From NCBI GenBank assembly GCA_002405615.1, contig DHMD01000015.1:1-32000 (forward strand): a stretch of DNA of 32,000 bases, given 5' to 3'. This document shows, in pieces, positions 23,778-29,107 of this stretch. This stretch comes from Christensenella sp. UBA4651 (GTDB lineage: Bacteria; Bacillota; Clostridia; Christensenellales; UBA1242). How positions within the stretch are numbered: position 1 is the first letter of the stretch; every line of letters starts with the position of its first letter. The position numbers were made by a program, and so were the translations under genes. Below the pieces are notes generated by a model. It saw nothing but the letters and a program-made list of their open reading frames with translations. It ran no database searches and had not been told where the DNA came from.

Positions 23778-24263
23778 ATGAAAGTTTGTCATACGCAGGC
23801 TATGAAAATGATAAAAGAGTATGAGGAGCAAAAACGAATTTTGTTGATGCGTGAGGATAATTATTCGCAGGTTTCGTACAAAGAGGGCGAAAAGAAAATT
23901 GCCAGTGATTATAACTACAACGCTGTGAGGGAGGCGGTCAAAAAACTCGATAGCGAGGTGCGTAAAATTCGTGCGGCGTTGGCTGAGGCAAATTGCAGGG
24001 TAGTGGTTGATGATTTTGAGATTACCATTGGCGAGGCTCTGGTAATGCTGGCTCAAATGCAGAGTGAAAGGCAGCATTTGGAGGGAATGGCTAACAGTGT
24101 GCAGTTGTCTAGGCGATTGACACAAAATGGTGTGATTGAGTACACTGAATGTCTATTCGATGTGGCAAAAGTCAAGCAAGATGTGAGTGAGTTAAGGCAA
24201 AAAATTAGCAATTTGCAGGTCGCTATTGATAGAGCGAATTTGACTAATTACATTGAATTATAA
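23778..24263 (+). CDS. DIP1984/septicolysin-like family protein (tentative), coiled-coil rich
   Basis: AAGGGAGG Shine-Dalgarno followed by ATG 23778 (MKVCHTQAMKMIKEYEEQK...). The length of about 161 aa, the central TIGEALVMLAQMQSERQHL, and the C-terminus ELRQKISNLQVAIDRANLTNYIEL resemble the DIP1984 family pattern (..IQE.NW.TEL). This is pattern recall only. Confidence 0.4.
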   Translation: MKVCHTQAMKMIKEYEEQKRILLMREDNYSQVSYKEGEKKIASDYNYNAVREAVKKLDSEVRKIRAALAEANCRVVVDDFEITIGEALVMLAQMQSERQHLEGMANSVQLSRRLTQNGVIEYTECLFDVAKVKQDVSELRQKISNLQVAIDRANLTNYIEL

Positions 24264-24472
24264 TTTGATTTTCTGCGATATGCGTCTTTTATTTCTCTTG
24301 AAATTCGCAAGAGTTGAGAGAGGAATTTGAGATTTTTTGATTGTCAAAGAGGACAGAGTGGTTAGTAGCTTTTGCGTTAAAGTTTTGGCAGTTGTGAGAG
24401 TAATGACTTAAAGTGTATTGTTTATTGTTTAAGCACAGAGGTTTATTTTTTGCATATCGGAAAACTTTTTTT

Positions 24473-24519
24473 GAGGCGAGGGAAGTTCAGTTTCAACTCG
24501 TCTCATTTTTTTGTTTTTT
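24473..24519 (+). terminator. Intrinsic terminator about 210 nt downstream of the nearest stop codon
   Basis: GAGGCGAG (24473-24480) pairs with CTCGTCTC (24497-24504), followed by ATTTTTTTGTTTTTT. Confidence 0.6.
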
Positions 24520-24575
24520 ATAAAAATTGACAAAAATTCTGCAAAAATCTCGATTTTTTTGCGTAAATTGGGGGT

Positions 24576-24608
24576 ATTATGCATATACTATGCAAGTACT
24601 ATGCAATG
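24576..24608 (+). repeat. Three tandem 11-bp units A(T/C)TATGCA(T/A)(A/G)(T/G)
   Basis: The units are ATTATGCATAT, ACTATGCAAGT and ACTATGCAATG. The TATGCA cores lie at 24578, 24589 and 24600, exactly 11 bp apart. Confidence 0.8.
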
Positions 24609-24702
24609 TTTTTACGCAGTCTTTTTGGTTAAGAGTGCGAACTTTGATGGTTTTTGACTAAATCAAGTTTTTTGTACAAAATGTCAAATTTGGGCAAAAG
24701 TG

Positions 24703-24731
24703 TTGAAATTTTTTGTAATCTAATCTAAAAT
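24703..24731 (+). promoter_or_regulatory. Sigma-A type promoter (TTGAAA-N17-TAAAAT) for the HdeD-like gene
   Basis: TTGAAA at 24703-24708 and TAAAAT at 24726-24731. Confidence 0.45.
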
Positions 24732-24760
24732 AATACATATTGAATAAGGAGATGAAAGAA

Positions 24761-25378
24761 ATGAGTATTTGGGGTAAAATACTGTGGGGCGTTACCGCAA
24801 CGCTATTAATTGCCACTGGTATTGTTTGCTTTTGTAGTCCTGCTGGAACTTTGGCTGGATTGTCTACATTCCTTGGTATTAGTTTGATACTTTCTGGTAT
24901 TGGTTCAATCGGTACTTATGTTACGACACGCAAGGTTGTAATGGGTGCTGGCTGGGTGCTTCTCGGCGGAATCGCTACAATTATTTTGGGTATCCTAGTA
25001 TTGTCAAACAATGCTATGGTTAGTAATGCTTTACCAATTTTATTTGGTATGTGGATTGTGTTTATGGGACTCGCTCGAATTATTTCTGCCTTTGATGTAA
25101 AGCGTTTGAATTTTGCTGGCTGGTGGGTAGACAGTATTTGGGGCGTTGTGCTAATTTTGCTCGGCGTATTGTCATTCTATCAACCAATTGTAAACGCAAT
25201 TATCATTACAATTTTTACTGGATTATTCTTTGTAATCAATGGTATTGCGATGTTTGCGGAATTATATGTCGCTTGCAAAGTGGAGAAGAAAGCTGCCGAC
25301 TTTATAGACAAGTGCAACCGTATTATTGTTGAGCCTGATAGTGTAAGGCGTGAAGATTTGCCTAATGACGAGCAATAA
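24761..25378 (+). CDS. HdeD/DUF308-family membrane protein
   Basis: AAGGAG (24747-24752) followed by ATG 24761. There are six TM segments with the repeated DUF308 pattern (WGVTATLLIATGIVCF, LGISLILSGIGSI, LLGGIATIILGILVL, LFGMWIVFMGLARI, WGVVLILLGVLSF, GLFFVINGIAMF). Confidence 0.7.
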   Translation: MSIWGKILWGVTATLLIATGIVCFCSPAGTLAGLSTFLGISLILSGIGSIGTYVTTRKVVMGAGWVLLGGIATIILGILVLSNNAMVSNALPILFGMWIVFMGLARIISAFDVKRLNFAGWWVDSIWGVVLILLGVLSFYQPIVNAIIITIFTGLFFVINGIAMFAELYVACKVEKKAADFIDKCNRIIVEPDSVRREDLPNDEQ

Positions 25379-25410
25379 AAATTAGACTAAACAGTGTGAA
25401 TAAAAATAAA

Positions 25411-25441
25411 AAGAATTGTGTATTTATGCAATTCTTTTTTG
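25411..25441 (+). terminator. Intrinsic terminator
   Basis: AAGAATTG (25411-25418) pairs with CAATTCTT (25429-25436), followed by TTTTG. Confidence 0.75.
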
Positions 25442-25623
25442 TACAAAATGTGGTAAATTGGTGGGGGTTGCTGCACGTTGGAACGATGATTTTTATCGGT
25501 GGAGGAATTGGTAAATTTTTTTATGATTTCTAAAAAATTTTTGACAAAAACATTTACAAAATTGTAGCGATTGTAGTACAATATTATGAGAGTGCTAGAT
25601 TTGTATTTTTTAGGGGAGTTTTT

Positions 25624-26124
25624 ATGAAAAGCAAAGTTGATTATGATGTGAATAAAATGTTTTGGGTGGCTATGGTGTTGAGTGTGCTGTTTGTTGTCGG
25701 TATCCCGCTCACAATTGTTGCCGCTACCAAAGGTATGACTTTGCCAATGGTGCTGGGTATAATTTTTATTGTAGTGGGCTTCTACGGTATGCCTATGGCT
25801 TGGGTAAGTTACGGCGGTGTCAAATCACTGAAAAGAGTGGTGGACGCTGTAATGGAGGAACATTTGACAACAAACAAAGAGGTTGCTCAACAGTTGCAGG
25901 TTGCCGAGGAGGAGGCAAAGCAAAGCATCACAAAGGCGATAAACAAAAAGTATATCACAGGCTATATCTATGACGGTGCTGTCTTGACGCCAAATGAAAA
26001 GAAAGCACCGAAAAAGAAAGTTGTGGTGGCGAGCAATATTTGTGCCCGTTGTGGTGCGCCTATGGATTTGAGTGAGCATAATATGAAGTGTCCATATTGT
26101 GGCACAAAGTACGAAACGCAATAG
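25624..26124 (+). CDS. Membrane-anchored protein (2 TM) with a helical HTH-like segment and a C-terminal zinc ribbon
   Basis: The TM segments are FWVAMVLSVLFVVGIPLTIVAA and LPMVLGIIFIVVGFYGMPMAWV. The C-terminus has CARCGAPMDLSEHNMKCPYCG (CxxC-N12-CxxC). Confidence 0.6.
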   Translation: MKSKVDYDVNKMFWVAMVLSVLFVVGIPLTIVAATKGMTLPMVLGIIFIVVGFYGMPMAWVSYGGVKSLKRVVDAVMEEHLTTNKEVAQQLQVAEEEAKQSITKAINKKYITGYIYDGAVLTPNEKKAPKKKVVVASNICARCGAPMDLSEHNMKCPYCGTKYETQ

Positions 26125-26161
26125 TTTTGAATTTGGTAAAACTGAATTGATATAGAGAAAA

Positions 26162-26192
26162 GGAACACGCCGTTTGAGTGTGTTTCTTTTTT
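26162..26192 (+). terminator. Intrinsic terminator
   Basis: GGAACAC (26162-26168) pairs with GTGTTTC (26180-26186), including one G-U pair, followed by TTTTTTG. Confidence 0.6.
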
Positions 26193-26289
26193 GTGGAGAA
26201 TGGTTGAGTAAGAAGTAAATTATTTGCTATGTTCTATGTTGTTTATTGAAGAATGGGGTATTTGTGTGATAGAGGGTGAGGGGGACATG

Positions 26290-26325
26290 ACAAAGAAAAA
26301 GCCTATGAGTGAGTACTCATAGGCT
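26290..26325 (-). terminator. Intrinsic terminator for tRNA-Asn (minus strand)
   Basis: A perfect 11-bp stem is formed by AGCCTATGAGT (26300-26310) and ACTCATAGGCT (26315-26325). On the minus strand it is followed by TTTTTCTTTG. Confidence 0.75.
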
Positions 26326-26339
26326 AAATCTTTGTTAAC

Positions 26340-26415
26340 TGGCTCCCCAAGCAGGACTTGAACCTGCGACCTGCCGGTTAACAGCCGGACGCTCTACCGA
26401 CTGAGCTATTGGGGA
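26340..26415 (-). tRNA. tRNA-Asn (anticodon GUU), CCA encoded
   Basis: The reverse complement reads TCCCCAATAGCTCAGTCGGTAGAGCGTCCGGCTGTTAACCGGCAGGTCGCAGGTTCAAGTCCTGCTTGGGGAGCCA. Acceptor is TCCCCAA/TTGGGGA, the anticodon loop is CTGTTAA, and the T-arm is GCAGG-TTCAAGT-CCTGC. Confidence 0.92.
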
Positions 26416-26525
26416 ATAATGTTTTTGCCTTGGGGTGCTCACTGATGCGAGCGTGTGAAGGGATTGGTCAATAAAAGAGGAAGGTACTCTCAAATTTTAT
26501 TGATACCCAAGACAAGAACAAGCAT

Positions 26526-26554
26526 ATTCTAGCAAATGTTTTGTGATATGTCAA
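26526..26554 (-). promoter_or_regulatory. Sigma-A type promoter for tRNA-Asn (TTGACA-N17-TAGAAT on the minus strand)
   Basis: Reverse-complement reading gives TTGACA (26554-26549), a 17-nt spacer and TAGAAT (26531-26526). This implies a leader of about 100 nt before the tRNA. Confidence 0.55.
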
Positions 26555-26635
26555 TAATTTTAACCAAAAATTTCAAAAAAATTACGAAAATTTTGAAAAA
26601 GTTACGGTTGCAGGTGTTTTGTGCAAAATAGGGTA

Positions 26636-26664
26636 TTGCCAAGATACGACTTCTGTGTTATAAT
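26636..26664 (+). promoter_or_regulatory. Sigma-A type promoter (TTGCCA-N17-TATAAT, TG-extended) for the 26699-28883 operon
   Basis: TTGCCA at 26636-26641 and TGTTATAAT ending at 26664. It lies inside the 5' end of the track ORF, which argues for the downstream start. Confidence 0.65.
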
Positions 26665-26698
26665 GACGCATATATGGAATAGGTGGATAAAGTATAGA

Positions 26699-27490
26699 AT
26701 GAATGTAAAAAATATTTATGAATCTTTTGGTGAAATAGTGGCTGGATATGAGAAACAAGGTTTGGTTCCTGCTTTGTATGTTGAGCGAGTGAGCTGTAGC
26801 CAGTTATTATTAATAAAAAAGGTTCATTCTGCTGGGGGTATAGAACCTAGGAATTTGTTTTTTGTGTCATGCGAGACGATAATAACTGATAGTGGCACTA
26901 AGCTTGACTCATATGTTTTGTTTGCTCCGACTGAGATGCAGGCTATTGATGCTTTCAGGCGCAGGGTGGCCTTTGATAGGTTTTTGGCTCGTATCACAGC
27001 AAGTGGCAGTGTTCCTAAACTTTATGGGATAGACGCAAAAGGGTTCGTAAGAGATAGCCAATATGTACCGATGTTTAATGTATTGTGCGATAGGCAGGAA
27101 GATTTGGATGAAATTATTGAATATGCAAATAGCAAAATTTCGTGTTATGCTCGTGGCTTTGTAATGGGGCGTTTTGTAGCGAACGGTGAGGCGAATATCT
27201 CGTATATACTGAGAGAAAATTTGGCAAGTCTTAAAGATATTAAACATGTGCGTGCTAGAATGTTGAATGCGGTTTGTAATCGTGTTGCTAAAAATTTTGA
27301 TGTGATACGATTGGACGATCGCGGGGGCGAGAATGAGGAGAATATTTGCGAATACCTTTATGAGACCAGCAGGGGGAGTTTTTTGGAGAATGGTGGTGCG
27401 GTAGTGGTAAAAAATTATGCGCATAATGATAAAAATTGTGAATTTGCAGAGGAGAAGGTGAAAGTTTATGAGCAACAAGCACGATATTAA
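26699..27490 (+). CDS. Hypothetical cytoplasmic protein (263 aa), no recognisable motifs
   Basis: The track ORF is 26621..27490, but a promoter at 26636-26664 and AGGTGG at 26681-26686 favour ATG 26699 (MNVKNIYESFGEIVAGY...). There is no signal peptide, TM segment, or Walker or other catalytic signature. The 3' end overlaps the next gene by 23 nt. Confidence 0.6.
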   Translation: MNVKNIYESFGEIVAGYEKQGLVPALYVERVSCSQLLLIKKVHSAGGIEPRNLFFVSCETIITDSGTKLDSYVLFAPTEMQAIDAFRRRVAFDRFLARITASGSVPKLYGIDAKGFVRDSQYVPMFNVLCDRQEDLDEIIEYANSKISCYARGFVMGRFVANGEANISYILRENLASLKDIKHVRARMLNAVCNRVAKNFDVIRLDDRGGENEENICEYLYETSRGSFLENGGAVVVKNYAHNDKNCEFAEEKVKVYEQQARY

Positions 27491-28883
27491 TCCTTATGAT
27501 AGATTATTTCTAAAAACTTTGGATTACGGAGATATGCTGCCTATGGCGGTAATCAAAAACTATGATAACGAGGTACAAGAGGCTTTTGAAAGGCGTATTA
27601 TTACTTTGCTAGGTAGGGTGACAAATGAAGATATTAACTTTGGAAGTGTTCGTTTTGATGAAGATGAGTATTATATCGCTGCGTGCAAAGATTCGTTTAC
27701 TAGGTCTAATTTGATTAGTCACAGTCGGCTTTTGGGGCAGATGGTAGATGATGATAACGAGCCGTTAGTTTGCAAGGTGTTTGATGTAGAAAACGATTTG
27801 ATGGAGGTGGGAGTTTCGCCTGTTATGCGGTTTGAAATAAAGGCTAACGCTGACAGTTCGATGAGAAGGAGTTTGGTATATAAAATGTGTAGCAGCGTTG
27901 TAAAAATGCCAGATTTTGAACTGTATCTTGTATCAATAGGGGATGAAAAGACTATTTTTGTTCGCCAGACTGGAATGGGCGAGATTTTGAGTTTCTATGA
28001 TAAGGCAAAAGTTTTGGCGCTCGATATTTTGAGTGATTATCGTGGTATTATTACGAATGTTTATAAGCTAGAAATTGATGGCAAGTGCTGCAAAAATCCA
28101 GAGGACAAAAAGAATTTTGCGGCGGCGCAGAAGAGTAGTGAATGCGTGTCGAGGACTTTTGAAAAGGAGATTTTTAGGAGTCGTGCAGAAAGGTGTATTA
28201 CCGCTGCTGATTTGTGTGAAATCAGGGATATCGATTTTGGTAAAGATAGGGTTGTAGTCAGTGTGTTAAAAAATTCTTGGGTTTCATTCAAAAATTTGCG
28301 TAGAATATGCGAGGAAAACAAGAGTATTTCTGCACTTGGTTGCGAATTGTCTAGTCTAATAGGGCAGAATGGTGATAAGTTTATCTTGTTCGTTGTGAAT
28401 AAGGGTAATGCTGCAAAATTTGTTATAAAATCTGCTGAGGTCGAGTCTAAATTGTTGAATAGCAGTTCCAAAAGTTTCACTATCAAGATGATGAACATAG
28501 ATAGTAAAGGTAAAGTCACGCCTGCGGATGTGAGGCTGGTGGCTAGGTTAAAGACAAAAAATCAAACCAAATTAAAGGAGCTTGAGGAGCTATTTAGTAC
28601 TGATGAACAGTTTGAAAAACTTAATCCAGAAATCGTGAAATATGGTAGTGTGAGTTATGGGGTGTATGTGAGGAATTTTGCTCGTTCGCAAAATAAGCAT
28701 ATGATGGGCGAGTTGCCTATGCAGCCTGTGCATAATGCTATAATGGCTAGTGGTATTGAGTATGAGTTGACTGATGCGTACGGAGTTGTTCTTCCTGGTG
28801 CAAAAAACAAATCGCAACCAGTTCGCAGGAGTACCCAAAATGGAAATACAGTAGTAGAGCCTAGTGTGGAAATGGAGAAATAA
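27468..28883 (+). CDS. Hypothetical cytoplasmic protein (471 aa), no recognisable motifs
   Basis: GGAGAAGGTG Shine-Dalgarno at 27451-27460 followed by ATG 27468. The long uninterrupted ORF has shadow ORFs on the opposite strand and is followed by a strong terminator. No known motif was recognised. Confidence 0.65.
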   Translation: MSNKHDINPYDRLFLKTLDYGDMLPMAVIKNYDNEVQEAFERRIITLLGRVTNEDINFGSVRFDEDEYYIAACKDSFTRSNLISHSRLLGQMVDDDNEPLVCKVFDVENDLMEVGVSPVMRFEIKANADSSMRRSLVYKMCSSVVKMPDFELYLVSIGDEKTIFVRQTGMGEILSFYDKAKVLALDILSDYRGIITNVYKLEIDGKCCKNPEDKKNFAAAQKSSECVSRTFEKEIFRSRAERCITAADLCEIRDIDFGKDRVVVSVLKNSWVSFKNLRRICEENKSISALGCELSSLIGQNGDKFILFVVNKGNAAKFVIKSAEVESKLLNSSSKSFTIKMMNIDSKGKVTPADVRLVARLKTKNQTKLKELEELFSTDEQFEKLNPEIVKYGSVSYGVYVRNFARSQNKHMMGELPMQPVHNAIMASGIEYELTDAYGVVLPGAKNKSQPVRRSTQNGNTVVEPSVEMEK

Positions 28884-28899
28884 TTTTGCAAGATTTAAG

Positions 28900-28940
28900 G
28901 GTAAGATATATGAATATATCTTGCCTTTTCTTTTTCTCCA
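28900..28940 (+). terminator. Intrinsic terminator
   Basis: A 12-bp stem is formed by GGTAAGATATAT (28900-28911) and ATATATCTTGCC (28914-28925), followed by TTTTCTTTTTCT. Confidence 0.75.
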
Positions 28941-29107
28941 AAAAATTGGGCAAAGAGCCTCAATTTATTTGCTTTATTTGCTAAAATATATTAAAATTAA
29001 ACATAGTATTTTGTCTAGTCTGTTTTTGTAGCAAAAAATTCGGATTTTTTGACATAAAAATACTCATAAACACGCAAAATAAAAAGGAAAAATAGGGGTT
29101 AGAGTGA

